From: a virus
Length of the DNA stretch: 64,000 nt
Reading direction: 5' to 3' (one strand)
IMG/VR virus record: IMGVR_UViG_3300027327_000001
In this document: positions 50,665 to 63,000 of the stretch, piece after piece
How the letters are laid out: every line of letters begins with the position of its first letter
How positions within the stretch are numbered: the first letter of the stretch is position 1
Translations under genes and position numbers: made by a program
Notes under the pieces: generated by a model
What the model saw: the letters and a program-made list of their open reading frames with translations, nothing else
The model's database searches: none
What the model was told of the DNA's origin: nothing

Positions 50665-51515
50665 TAATAGAACCTGTTGACATACCCAACCGGATTCTGC
50701 GTTGGAATCCACGGCTGGCCGCCGAAATTGACGATGTTGTTGTGAAGCTCCCTGCAGTCGTCGGTTTGGTGATTGCAGCCTAGAAAAATATTGATAGGCG
50801 TGCCGCCGCCTAGTCCGTGCGTGTCTCCGCTGAGCAGCAGCACGTCGCTCGACGCGCCCTCATGCACGTCCAGAATCGTTCTGACGTGCGTTCCCGCGTC
50901 GAGCGCGCTGCGCCACGATATGTAGCCGCCCTTGTATTTGTCCTTCGGAAAGCGGCCGTTCCACGCGTGTCCGAGACGAATTGCGTTCGTTCCCACCTGC
51001 GACGGAGTCGGCGTTCCCTGTATCGTTCGCGCCGCCTTGCAGCCTCGGCCGTATAGCGTCCACGTGCAGCTTCGCTGATATTGCCGCTTAACCCCGACGC
51101 GCTCCAGCGCTCGCGTAATGAGCCTGCTGGTTATCTGCGCCGATGCTCCGTCCGGCCGCGTTACGCCTTCCACGAAGCCCATCCAGACGACGAGGAACTG
51201 CCTATCGGGATCGTCGGCGTGTCCCTGCCGTATCTGCAATGTGGGCTGCTGATACGGAATGCGCAGCGATAGAAAATCGACCACGCCGGCGTTCGGCGTT
51301 ATGTCTACGCGGAGCTCGCCGCTGTCTATCTCGGCGCTTGATTCGATGCTCGTCCTGCCGATAGGCTCAGGCTCGTAGTTACGTCCCTGAAACACGATCC
51401 TCGATGTGTGATCGGTATACCCGAAATATTCATCCGCGCCCTGCCCGGTCGTGAAAAGATACAGCGATACGGGAGTCGCCGCGTCTTCCGAGCTTTCGAA
51501 ATTCGAGAAAGCCAT
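50664..51515 (-). CDS. BR0599/DUF2163-like minor tail protein
   Basis: …PVSLYLFTTG…YFGYTDHTSRIVFQGRNYEP.PI.R… and the C-terminal FLGCNHQTDDCRELHNNIVNFGGQPWIP match the phage BR0599 family (GC..T...C...F.N..NFGG.P.IP). Confidence 0.65.
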   Translation of the reverse strand: MAFSNFESSEDAATPVSLYLFTTGQGADEYFGYTDHTSRIVFQGRNYEPEPIGRTSIESSAEIDSGELRVDITPNAGVVDFLSLRIPYQQPTLQIRQGHADDPDRQFLVVWMGFVEGVTRPDGASAQITSRLITRALERVGVKRQYQRSCTWTLYGRGCKAARTIQGTPTPSQVGTNAIRLGHAWNGRFPKDKYKGGYISWRSALDAGTHVRTILDVHEGASSDVLLLSGDTHGLGGGTPINIFLGCNHQTDDCRELHNNIVNFGGQPWIPTQNPVGYVNRFY

Positions 51516-53674
51516 TAGCTTATCGTCTCTGCCGGCAGCGTGCGAAGCGTCATGACCGTCTCGCCAACTGCTGTAGAGCGCCAGTCAACCGACAGCGAGT
51601 CCGTCTCGAAGCGGCAAAGGTGTATCCACGAGATCATTTTAATGTCGTCTTCCGGAAGAACTTCGGGCAGCGGATTCGAGAAATTGATTGTGCTGACATT
51701 TTCGCCGGCCTCCACGCTGTCAACGCCGATAACGAAGCTTCCCCTCCGATGCACGAAGCGCAGATACTTGAACACGTTCGAGCCGTTGTAGGCGTTCGAC
51801 AAGGCCAGGCCCGGCACATTCATGGATCGTCCGGACGTGATGCCGGGCGGTATCGCCACTTCATGCACGAATGACGGCATCCAGAAACCTTTCTGCCGTC
51901 CTCGGCACCGATGGAACAGGCCGAGTATCCTTTCCTCGGTATCCGATTTGAGGACGTATCGCAAGCGAATGGACCGCGAAGCGAACGGCCGCGGGAATAT
52001 CCGGTCGACCGCGCCGGTTCGAAAGTCGATGTCTTCCCAGCCCTGCACGGTTCCGATCTGAGGCGCGCCGGCGAAATTGGGAGCTATGTCGAAATACTCC
52101 CTGCCGCCGAGCGAGGCCGGCGGAATCGACGAAAACCCGCGCATCCAGTTGAAGACGGGATCCGCCGCCGCGTTGACTCGCATGGTTCCCGCCCGCGAGC
52201 TTCTGGCGGCCACGAGATTGCCGCTGACAGGCCTGACGAGAACGCCGAAATAAATATAGGTTCCTGTCGGAAGATCGCTATCGGTTCCGAAAACCATGCG
52301 CACATTTACCGGGCCGCCCGTTATTGGCAAGGCGCTGGCAACGGACTCCACTATTCCGGGAATCACATGAACGCCGACCTTGCAGAAGACATTGGCTCCC
52401 GGCCGGATCCAGGCCGGCCTGTCGTCTAGCCTTACCGAGCCTTCGCCTCGACTAAGAAAGGACGGAAGCTGAAACCTGTAGCGCGGATGCGGGATGTATG
52501 TGTCGCGCCCCTGGAATGATGAATTCCTCGCCATGAACGTTCTGAATTCAAGAGGATCTAGAAACGCTTCGAATTCGTATTGCAGCCGCGGTTCGCTTCG
52601 ATAGGCTATGCGCTGCTCGGTTCCAGCCCTATGCGACACCACGCCGGTAAAGAACGTATAGACCTCACGGACGGAATTCGCCCATTGGATTCGGTAGTCT
52701 CCGTAAGTCCCTTCGACGATGTTCAGCAGGTTCGTTTCTTCCCGATTCCTGTATTGCAGATTAACCGACAATGTTCCTGCGCCGCTTCCCGCCATGTTCG
52801 GAACTTCGAGATCAATAGCTTCCGCGACTTCGATATGATTGAAGTCGAACGCCATGCCGCCCGCTCCCGATCCTCTGAATGCCGGCGCCAAGTCGATGGT
52901 CTCAGGCACTTCATTGTGAATGAGCGAGAATGACATGCTGCCGACCGCCGAGCCTTCCATGCGCGATGTCAATGCCTGGGCCGGCCTGTGCTGAAAGGAA
53001 AAATCGAGAGCGCCGGAACCGGTTCCGCTCATGGACTCGAGCAGGCTTTGAACAGCGCGCTTGAATTCGAGAAGGAATTCCATGCTTCCGGTTCCGGATC
53101 CTTCCATCGTCTCCGGCACCAATTGGATGACTTCCGGCACTTCGTGATGCACGAGATTCACGACGAGCGATCCGGCGCCGGTTCCCGCCATCGCCGTCAG
53201 CCCAAGATTTATTGTCCTGACTACGATCTCGTCTGCGAGAATTAGTTCGGTGGCCGCTCTGTCGGCTTGCGAAAGACGACGATACGCAGTTATGAAGTCG
53301 CCGAAGTTTCTGCCGATATTGTATCGGTAAGGCTCGGAAGCGTCGCCGGCAAGGTTTCCTCGCGCTCTCGAACCCGGCAATTCAAGCGTAAGCGTTCCCG
53401 CCCGTATCACGATTGCCGGATTGAACAATTCCCAAGCGTCGGACAGATCCGGGCCGGCGCCCGCGCTCGACTGAGTGTCGGACTCGGTATTGATTTGAAC
53501 AAGTCCGAAATCGACAATTCTCAGGTAGCGCAGTTTGGCGGTCGATGTGGCATCGCGCGTCAGGGCCGACGGAATGTCTATAGACAAACGGCTACTGGAA
53601 AGCGTAGATCCCCATTGAAGATCGCTGGTGCCCCCAGTTCTCCCGTCGCCTATCGTCGCGGTGACGCTAGCCAT
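51515..53674 (-). CDS. minor tail protein (distal-tail position) with an internal six-fold ~25-30-aa repeat
   Basis: 719 aa. The call rests on its position between the TMP-proximal gene and the BR0599-like gene. Repeats M.GSG.GS..F.L.H.EVPE.I.L occupy aa 159-315. Confidence 0.55.
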   Translation of the reverse strand: MASVTATIGDGRTGGTSDLQWGSTLSSSRLSIDIPSALTRDATSTAKLRYLRIVDFGLVQINTESDTQSSAGAGPDLSDAWELFNPAIVIRAGTLTLELPGSRARGNLAGDASEPYRYNIGRNFGDFITAYRRLSQADRAATELILADEIVVRTINLGLTAMAGTGAGSLVVNLVHHEVPEVIQLVPETMEGSGTGSMEFLLEFKRAVQSLLESMSGTGSGALDFSFQHRPAQALTSRMEGSAVGSMSFSLIHNEVPETIDLAPAFRGSGAGGMAFDFNHIEVAEAIDLEVPNMAGSGAGTLSVNLQYRNREETNLLNIVEGTYGDYRIQWANSVREVYTFFTGVVSHRAGTEQRIAYRSEPRLQYEFEAFLDPLEFRTFMARNSSFQGRDTYIPHPRYRFQLPSFLSRGEGSVRLDDRPAWIRPGANVFCKVGVHVIPGIVESVASALPITGGPVNVRMVFGTDSDLPTGTYIYFGVLVRPVSGNLVAARSSRAGTMRVNAAADPVFNWMRGFSSIPPASLGGREYFDIAPNFAGAPQIGTVQGWEDIDFRTGAVDRIFPRPFASRSIRLRYVLKSDTEERILGLFHRCRGRQKGFWMPSFVHEVAIPPGITSGRSMNVPGLALSNAYNGSNVFKYLRFVHRRGSFVIGVDSVEAGENVSTINFSNPLPEVLPEDDIKMISWIHLCRFETDSLSVDWRSTAVGETVMTLRTLPAETIS

Positions 53675-53681
53675 GACTGGA

Positions 53682-54092
53682 TTACACGGTTACGACTTCG
53701 TAGGCGGCGCTCTGCCTCGCGTAGCTCGTATTCCGAGCAGCGGTCAATTCATTCGCATCGTGGTTCGCTCCTGGGTCCGCGCTGTGCAATCTAAACTGCA
53801 GGCCCAGCGTTCCCGCCGCGCGATTCATCATCGCCGCAAGAGCAGCGTCCGCATCGCCGAGCGCTCCGTTGTCCGGCGTGAACGCCCAGTCGTAGGCGAA
53901 GCCGGACGGAATGCGATACGAGTCGCCGTTCTCCAGAATCTCCAGGGCTGCCGCCAGCGCGTCGGACTCTCCGAGAAACGAATAATTCCCGCCGCTGGTT
54001 TCCATCCACGCCGTCACGCGCGTCGGCTTGTCATTCCAATCGGCAGCCGCCGTCCAAACCGCGTTCGCCGTTGTGCGTATTCTCACAGCCAT
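53682..54092 (-). CDS. hypothetical tail protein
   Basis: ORF track, 136 aa, immediately downstream of the TMP. Confidence 0.55.
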   Translation of the reverse strand: MAVRIRTTANAVWTAAADWNDKPTRVTAWMETSGGNYSFLGESDALAAALEILENGDSYRIPSGFAYDWAFTPDNGALGDADAALAAMMNRAAGTLGLQFRLHSADPGANHDANELTAARNTSYARQSAAYEVVTV

Positions 54093-54094
54093 GC

Positions 54095-57000
54095 CTAGAC
54101 TCCCAATATCGTCTTCGTTGCGGACTTGTTGTTCTGGATCGCGTTAAGAACCATACGCTGGCCGCGTCGAGTTGACAACGCTTCTTCAGCGAATGACAGC
54201 GCGTCGATGGCATTGATCACGGTTACATCGCCCGAACCGCCCGGCGCTGCTCGATTTGCCAAATTTCGCTGGTCTTGCTCAGTCAGAACCGTTTCGCCGC
54301 TCTGCAGGACGCTAAGATATTCGTCGCCCGCAAGAAAGTTTCTGCGGAAAGGCGCGCCGTCGCCCGGAACGTTTCCGCCGCTGTGGAAGGAAAGCAGGTC
54401 TCCCGAAGACACTCCGAATCCTCGCAGTATCGAAGCAGCCGCGTTGAACGCCAGTTGCTCGATAATCATGTCGGCGATGCGCTGCAGGAAGTTGGCGGCG
54501 AAAGTGCGGAAGCCGTCAGCGAGCGCCTGCACCGCGTTCTGTCCCTCGACCACGCCTTTGACGAACAGGCTCAGGCCATCGTTGATGCTGCCGGCAAGCG
54601 TCTCGGTGATCTCGTCCGCGGTCGTCCGGAATATCGTATTCATATCGCGGATGACGGGACTCGTTTCTTCAAGCCTCAGCTTCAAGGCCTGAACAGCGGG
54701 ATCCGTCTGATCCAACGCAGCGACCAACTCAAGCGCTCTGGCTACGAGCTTTTGAATCTGCTGATCCACTGCATCAAGCTCGCTCTGCCCGCCGAGCAAT
54801 TCTCCGGGCAGCCTTTGCGCCGATCCTATCAGCCCTCGCAGATCCTGCAGGTCGCCGATGCGCTCCTGCAATCCCGCTAGCTCGCCTTCGACTCCGACCG
54901 TCTGCAATTCCATTCTGAGTTGAGCGACTTCCAATTGCAGCCTTCTAACTTCCGGCGTGACGTTCGTCAGGCTATTCGCGTAGTCGTCAATCTTCCTAGC
55001 CGCTTCGTCGGCTTCGGCGGACACCCGCTCGTATTCGGCCCGAAGCTCGGCAACCGCCGCGGTGTCGCCCCGTCTCGACGCTTCCTGCAACGCGCCGCCC
55101 ACAGTCTTTGCAAGCTGCTCGAGGTTCCGGAATTCTTCGGAAAGAATGTCTATTTGGGAACGCCCCGCTCTGGCGGCGGGAGGTGGCCTGAACGCCTCTA
55201 TCAACGCAAGCTGGATCGCTATGGCGACTTGAAGCGCGGCGCCTTCGAGCTCGCCCATGCCCGCGATTGTCTCATTGATGCTAGGCTTCAAATCGGCGAG
55301 CGCCTGGTCGACGTTCGCGAGCAAGGCTCCCGCCTGCGTCGCTCCCTGCTCGTTTCCTACGCGATTGAATTCCTTGATCAGCGTCTGCAATTCTCGCCTC
55401 TGGCGAGACAGGGATCGGACCTGCGCTTCAAGAACGCCGAGAATGGCAGCGTCCGACTGGTCCGTGAGGTTCGCCTCCAAGTCTTCCAGTTGCAGCAGGT
55501 AGGCGCGCAGTTCCGGAGTCAGCGTTCCTATGGCGCGTATGGTGTCCTGGATTTTCCGCAATTCCTCTCGGATTTGCTCGTCCTGATCCGCTATCGCTTC
55601 CGCAACGGCCGACGCGCTCTGATCCGTGGGCAGCGCGCCTTGCTCGATTTGCGCTTCGTATTGGGCGAGCAGGGCATCCCTTTCCTGATGAAGCGCAGCC
55701 GTTCGACGCTCCGACTCCTGCGTGGCGCGCCTAAGAGCTTCGGGAACCGCCTGCCCGACCTGAGCTATCAATTGGTCATTTGCCGCCACCTGCAGCTTCT
55801 CGGCGACCGTCTGCTGCGTGATTACTCCGGTATAGCTGCGACTAGTAGTTATCAGACCTTTCAACTCGTCTTCCAACGCGCCGATTTGCTGTATGAACGC
55901 CTGCGCGGCGGCTGGGTCGTCAGCCAGGACAGCCGCTGTCAAGCCTTGCTCAGCGCTTCTTACGAGTGCCGATAATTGGTCAATCCTGCCCTGAATGCCT
56001 TCACCGACCGCGGCGTTGAAAAGGTCTGCGTCCGTCGACGAAAGCGCGTCGGCAACCTTGTCTCGGAAGGCGAGCAACTCCGGCCCGGCATTCGCGCCAA
56101 GCTCATTTACGAGACGATTCAGATCAGTAAGCAGGCCCTGCATCGCCTCGCGAGCGTTCGAGAATTCTTCGGCAAGCGCGTCGAGATCGATGTTCGCTCC
56201 ACCAGCCAATCCTTCTCGAACGCCTTCCAGTATCGCGCCGGTCGCAGTCTGAAAGCCCTCTATCCGAGACTGCACGCCTCCTAATTCCGCTGTCGCTCCA
56301 AGCGTCTCCAGTTCTTTGCGGAGCGCTATGACTTCAAGTTGCATTATTCTGAGCGCGGGAGTCGCATCCTGAATGCCGCTGATATAGTCTTCAAGACTGC
56401 CGCCAACTTGATCAAGCGCTCCTTTAACGAGATCCAATTCCGTTCTCAGCCGTTCAATTTCATCATAGTCGCCGGCTTCGGAAGCCCTCTCTAGCGCTTC
56501 CCCCAATTGCTCGGCGAGCGGTTTCAACTGCTGCGTTGCGCGATCAAAAGCGTTGGGAATCGCCTGCCCCACCTGAGCTATCAACTCATCGTTGGCGGCT
56601 CTCTGCAGGCTCTCGGCGACCGTGTGCCGCGTTATTGAGCTCGTGTATCTTCGCCTAGTCTCTATTAGGCTTTTCAACTCTGCATCCAATGCGCCAATCT
56701 GATCAGTCAACGCCTGCGCCGCGGCATCGTCGTCCGAGACAAGAGCCTCGGTCAAGCGCTTCTCGGCGTTTTCCACAAGCGACGCCAGCCTGTCGATTCT
56801 CACTTGAATGCCGTCGCCGACCGCGGCGTTGAAAAGGTCTGCGTCCGTCGACGAAAGCGCGTCGGCAACCTTGTCTCGGAAGGCGAGCAACTCCGGTGCG
56901 GCGTTCGCGCCAAGATCATCCACGAGACGATTTAGATCAGTAAGCAGACCCTGCATCGCCTCGCGAGCATTCGAGAATTCTTCGGACAGCGCGTCGAGAT

Positions 57001-60000
57001 TAAGGTTCGCTCCGCTAGCCAACCCCGCCCGAACACCTTCCAGTATCGCGCCGGTCGCAGTCTGAAAGCCTTCTATTTGCGACTGCACGCCTTCGAATTC
57101 GCTTACCGCTCCGAGCGACTCCATTTCTTTGCGGAGATCGGCGACTTGGAGTTGCATTGTCCTTAGAGCGGGAGTCGCGTCCTGAATCCCGTTGACATAA
57201 TCGTCCAGCTTGCCGCCAACTTCGTCAAGAGCCGCGGTCACTTGATCTAATTCCGCTCCCAAACGCGCCACTTCCAAATCGTCGCCAACGGCGTTTGTGA
57301 GCGCCTTTCCCAACTCCCTGGCTAGCTGTTCCAGTTCTTTCAATTCTTCCGACAAAATCTCAACTTGAGATTTTTCCTGCGGCGGCTTGAAAGCGTCGAT
57401 AAGCGCCACTCGAATGCCGATTGCCGCCTGTTTCGCTTCCGGCCCAAGGCGGCCTAGCAGTCCTATCGTTTGCTCTATGCTCGGCTGCAGGAAGGCAAGG
57501 CGGTTGTCTAGAATGGTAATTTCAGCCTGAGTATCGCGTAATCCCGTCGTATTATTTTGGGCCCTGAATTCGTCGGCGATTGTCCGCAGCCCGTCCCTTT
57601 GTGCAACTGCGTCATCGACCAGCGCCTGCAGTTCAGCGATTATCGCGGCCTGCGACTCGTCCCTGACAGTCAATCGCAATACTCTCAACTCATCGATGAA
57701 TTTTATTATTTCCGGAGTTAGAGTCCCTAGCTGCCCAATAGACGTGCGAATTCCCTGGATCTGGAGGTCTATTTGGCTATCATTGAACTGGATGGTATTA
57801 AGCACTGACAAAGGCTCGGTAGCGGTTGGCAGATCGCCCTGCCTAATAATTGCTCCGTATAAATCAATAAGAGCGTCCGTCTCTGCTTCAAGCGCCTTGG
57901 TTCGCTCCTGCGCTGCGCGAATGGCGTTGGAATAGTCAGCCTGAAAAACCTTGTTCTGGTTCAGCAGCGCATCGTTCGCTAGACTCTCAATCCTCTGGGC
58001 AGCAGTTTGCCTTGTGATCGCATTCTCATATGTCTTTCGAAGACTCGTTAGACGCACCAATTCATCGCCTTGGGACCTCAATTCTTCCGTAAGCTCGTTC
58101 GCGCGAACATCTTCATTCCTGGCGAATGCCGCGTCTCTGGCTGCCTTCGTTTGCTCCTGCAGCCTTTGAACGTCCTGTATTCTGGAATCGAGTCCGGTGC
58201 GCACAGCGGCATTGAATTGCTCGCCGGCAGGAAGCCTCAGCGTCTCCCTAAGCGTATCACGGAACGCGAGCATTTCCGGCGTGGCATCCGTTCCCAGGAA
58301 TCTGATAAGCTCATCCATGCTACTAAGCAGTTCCCGCACGCCCTGGCGCGCATCGCCGAATTCGCCGAAAATGTCATCAAGGTTGAGCGCGTCGCCTCTG
58401 CCTAGTCCGGTTCGCACGCGATCAAGGATGCCTCCGATTGATGTTTCGAACTGCCTGAAACGCTGCTGCAATCCTCCGAAATCGCTCTGCGCTCCAAGCA
58501 ATTCCAATTCCTCGCGCAGCTTCGACACTTCAATCTGAAGAGTCCGGACTTCCGGAGTTATGGTTTGCAGCTGGCCGGTGTATTCGAGAAATTTCCCCGC
58601 CGCCTCGTCGGCCTGCTCCGTGACTCCTCGAAGCTCAGTTCGCAGACGCGCCGCCTCCGCATTGTCGCCTCGGCTTACTGCATCTTCCAGAGCGCCGGCG
58701 AGCGCCTTTGCCACCCGCTGCAGCTCGTTGAAGTCGTCGAGCAGGATTTGAGTTTGGGACTCGCCAGGCTGCGGCTTGGTGGCAGAGATTAAAGCCAGAC
58801 GCAACGCGATCGCGGCCCTGGACGCCTCCGGCCCAAGGTCTCCCCATGAATCTATCAATAAGGCTACGTCGGCATCCAATTCCTCGATTTGCTTCTCGGT
58901 TGCGGCCAGGTTCGACTCGACTTCCGGCAATTGCGCGGTATTGCCGGAGTCGGCGAGATCCTGCGCCGCCCGCTGCAATCCGCGCCTTTGGCTAGATAGC
59001 GAATTGACCAGCGTTTCCAATTGCCCAAGTATCGCTACCTGCGACTCTTCCCTGAGATTGGCATCAACGGATTCCAATTCCTTCAAATAGGATTGAAGCT
59101 CAGGAGTGAGCGCGCCTATGTCTTCAACTGTCTTCCGTATTTCTTCAGTCTGCGCCCGGATTCTCTGATTGGCTTCTTCTATCTCGGCTTCAATGGCCTC
59201 CGCTTGAGGATCCTGCGGCGTTACGCCTTGGTCGAGAAGCGCGCCATACCTTGCGATAATAGCGTCTCTTTCTTCGAAAAGCGCGGTGATTCTCTGAGTC
59301 GAAGCCTGTATAGCCGCCCTCGTCGCACCTGGTATCCTGTCGCCGATCTGCGTAACAAGCTGTTCGTTAACTACGAGTTGCAATCTCTGGGCGGCAGTCA
59401 ATTCGCCGGTAATTTCGGCATACCCCGCTTGCAATGCGATAAGCCGCTTGATCTCCTCGCCGAGCCTGCGCGACTCCTCGGCACCCTCTGCGAATCCAAC
59501 CGTGTCTCCAGACAGGAAGGCATCGCCGAGGCCGGCGTTTATCTGCTGCTGCAGTGCATTAAGCTCGTCAATTCGGTCCTGTATGCCTTCGAACGCGGCG
59601 CCCCTGAATTGATCTCCGCTGCCGGTCGAAAGCAATTCCGCAATGCTGTCGCGGAATGCAAGCATTTCTGGAGTGGCGCGGTTTCCAAGCTCGGCAATTA
59701 GCCTGTTAATATCCTCTAGAAGCGTCTCCAAGCCCGTGCGCGCGCCGGCAATCTCGTTTTGCAGCCCGACCAGGCCGAAAGTATCACCGCCAGCGAAGGC
59801 GGCCCTCACCGAATTCAATGCTTCCGTCAAAGCGTTCTGGAAACCGACCGCGGACGTTTGAGCGGCCGAGAAGTCGAACAGGGCGTTGCCCTCGCCCTGC
59901 GCTTCCACGATCCGGTTTATCTCCGCTATTCTCGCAGCGGTATCGGCGCCTTGAACCTCCAACTGCTCAAGAATTTTCAACTCGGAACGCAGCGAGTTTA

Positions 60001-63000
60001 TGTAATCCTGAGTAGCCTGATCCCTATCGCGTATTATATCGCCGTCCAGTGCGTCGAGCGCGCCGCTGCTAAGCTGCCTTGTCAGATCTCTATTGAGGCC
60101 GTCCACTATTCTCCGATAGGTGCGCGCCTGGCGCTGGTAGAAGTTGGCGAGCGATTGCCGCCCGTCGTCTTCTAGATTGGCGATAAGGTTGTTTACCGCC
60201 GCTATGTCCGCCGACAGGCTTGCCGCCAGTATCTCCTGAAATTCATTGTCGCCAAGCTCGCCGAGGACCTTTTCGAGAGCTTCCCTGGCCGTATTCAACT
60301 GCTTTACGGATGCTTCCGTTAAAACCCTTATGGCTTCGTCGGTCGCATCAATATCGGCATCCGGAGTCGTCTGATCTTCCAATTGACGCTGCCGCGTTTC
60401 TTCTAGCGCTTTAAGCTCCCTCGTCAGCGCTCTCGCAGCTTCGACCTGGCCTTGCGCCCGCCTGATGCTCGACCGAGCCTGGACCTCTGCCTCCGTCTGC
60501 TGGCTATTTAGTCTCTCAATAGCGGCGGCGGCTTCATCGGCATTGGTTCCGAAAAGAGCCATCACGTCGCTCGTGTCGGCGAAGGCGAGGCTAAGCGCGT
60601 CAACGCCCTCGGCCGCTTCCACCAAGTCAGGTATTGCCGCCCGTAAATCGGTGTTAAACCCGGTAACGGCGTCGCTATCGGCAGTCTGCGCTATTTCTTC
60701 AAGACGGCGACGGAATTCCTCTAGCGTTATTTCGCCGTTGGCGAGGGTTTCGATAAGATCATCGATATTGTTGAATGCGTTCTCTAGAACTATATCTTGA
60801 ACGCCGATGCTGGCCTGCCGCAAGCCCGCCCTGAGCACGCTGACTATCCCCTGAGCATCGCTCGTCGCATCACTCAAGGCTTCAGTGGTTTCAGTCAGAG
60901 ACTGCTGTATTTCGTCGCCGGCGAGGTTGTCTCTAATATATTCCTGGACTTCGACAACGGACGTTCCGTATCTGTCGAGCGCGTCTCTGGCGACATCAAG
61001 AATGCTGCGGTTGCCCTCAAGCGCCCTCGTCGCATCGTCTGCTCGCGTGATCATGAATCCGAGTGCGGCGCCGATTCCCCCGAATGCCAGCGCGATAGGA
61101 GCAGACGAAAGCGCTAGCAGCGCCGTGTGAAGCCGGGTGAAGTTGACAGAGAGCGCGGCGGACAAAGCCCCCATCGTTCCCATCTGAGCCTGCAGGGCGC
61201 GGAATTGCGCGTTCGCTGCGCCCACCGCTGCCGGCAGAACGGCCAAGTGCCGGACAATCGCCACGAAGAAAGGCGCGATGGCGATTCCTATGAGTCCAGT
61301 TATCGTTGCCGTGAGCCGGTCGAAGTTGTTGACGAGCGCGCGGGCGATATTTGAAAGACCGGCCATAGCGGCGCCGATGTTGTCAAGCAAAACGCCGAAG
61401 TCTTCAGAGATCAACGTATCTGCGAAATCTTCGAACAGCGCCTGCAAAGAATCGATCAGGCCGCCGGAGCCAAGCCTTTGAAACGCTTGAAAGCCGGAAT
61501 CGCCAACCCGACCTATGGCGGCGGCGACCGAATTCAGCGACCGTTCAAGCTCGGATCCGAACCGCGCCTCCAAAGCGTCTCCGAACAGCGTCAGGTTTTC
61601 CGCGCCGATCTGCCCCTGCTCGACGAGCTTGAACAATTCCTCGGTCGAAATTCCGAGTGCGGTTGCGAATATGTTCACCGCGCCTGGAAGCCGGTCGCCC
61701 AACTGCTGACGCAGTTCCTCCATCGACACGGTGCCCTTGGAGATAATCTGGGACAGCGCGACGAATATTCCGTTGACTTGATCCAGTGACAGATTCTGGA
61801 CTCTGGCCGCTTCCGTTACCTGCCGGAATAGCCGGCTGAGAGCCTCGCCCTGGAGAACGGTTCCCTGCGCCGCGATCTGCAATGCCGAATACTGCTGAGC
61901 CAGCGAACCGAATTCGAGACCGAGGCGACCCGCGGTTCTGCGAAGGCGGTCCAACTCCTGCTCGACTCTGGAATCTATTCCGTCGAATGCGGCAAGCAGC
62001 CTGTTCGTCGCCTGCTCGACCGTGGAGAAGACCTCGACAACTCTCTGGAACGTGCGAACGATTCCGAAAAAGCCGATGTAGGTTGCGACGAGAAGCGCGA
62101 GCCTGTCCCTGACTCTGCCGAGCAGATTGAGAACCGCGCCGAAACGCTGCTGCAACTGCCGGTAGGCATCGGCGAGAAACCGCGTCGAATTGACTGCCCG
62201 GCTAGTCTGCGCCGCCGTCGTCTGAAACGCTGCCGCCTGCCGCCTCGTCGATGCCGCGGTCTTCGCCTGGGCGGCCGCAAGCCGCTGCGCCGCGTCAGCA
62301 GCCCGCCTCAAGTCCTCACGATACTTCGCCAGCGACGATTGCCCCCTGGCGGCGGCGGACGTGAATCTCGCCTGGGCATTCGCGAGACTGTCCAGATCGC
62401 TACCGGAACTCCGCAGCACGCCGCGCATCTGCTGAAGAGTCTGAACCTGCCCCGTCAGTTCCTCTCTGGCGCGCCGAGCTTGCGTCCTGAGCTTCTCGAA
62501 CTGCAGAACCTGCTGCTGCGTATTCGGGCCTACGCTGGCGATCGCCCTGCCCATTTGCGTAGCTTGCTGCGACAGGCTCCGGTAGCTGGCGCGGACGCGC
62601 TCGACGACCTGATTCTGATCCTGGAACGCCCGCAGGAATTCCCGCCTTATCGTTTGGCCGGCTTGCTGGTAGGCGTTGGCCGCATCCTTCGCTACGCGCT
62701 CGACCTTGCCAAGCTCCGTTGCGCTGGATCTAATCCGCGTATTCGCCTCTCCGAGCGAAGACGCCGCGCGCTTGGCGGCAAGCCCAAGGCGATCCTGCTC
62801 CGCTTCGGCAAGCTTTATTGCCTGAATGGACTCTCGGACTCGAGCGCTTAAATTTCTGGTTTCCTGAGCGACGTTTCGCTTGCTTCTGCCAAGCTGCTGC
62901 AGTCGCGCTCGCTCGGCGGCGTATTGCGCGATCAGCTCGCTCGACGCCTGGCGCAGCCTGCCGACTTCAGCCGCCTGCCTTTTCGATGCATTGGCTAGCC

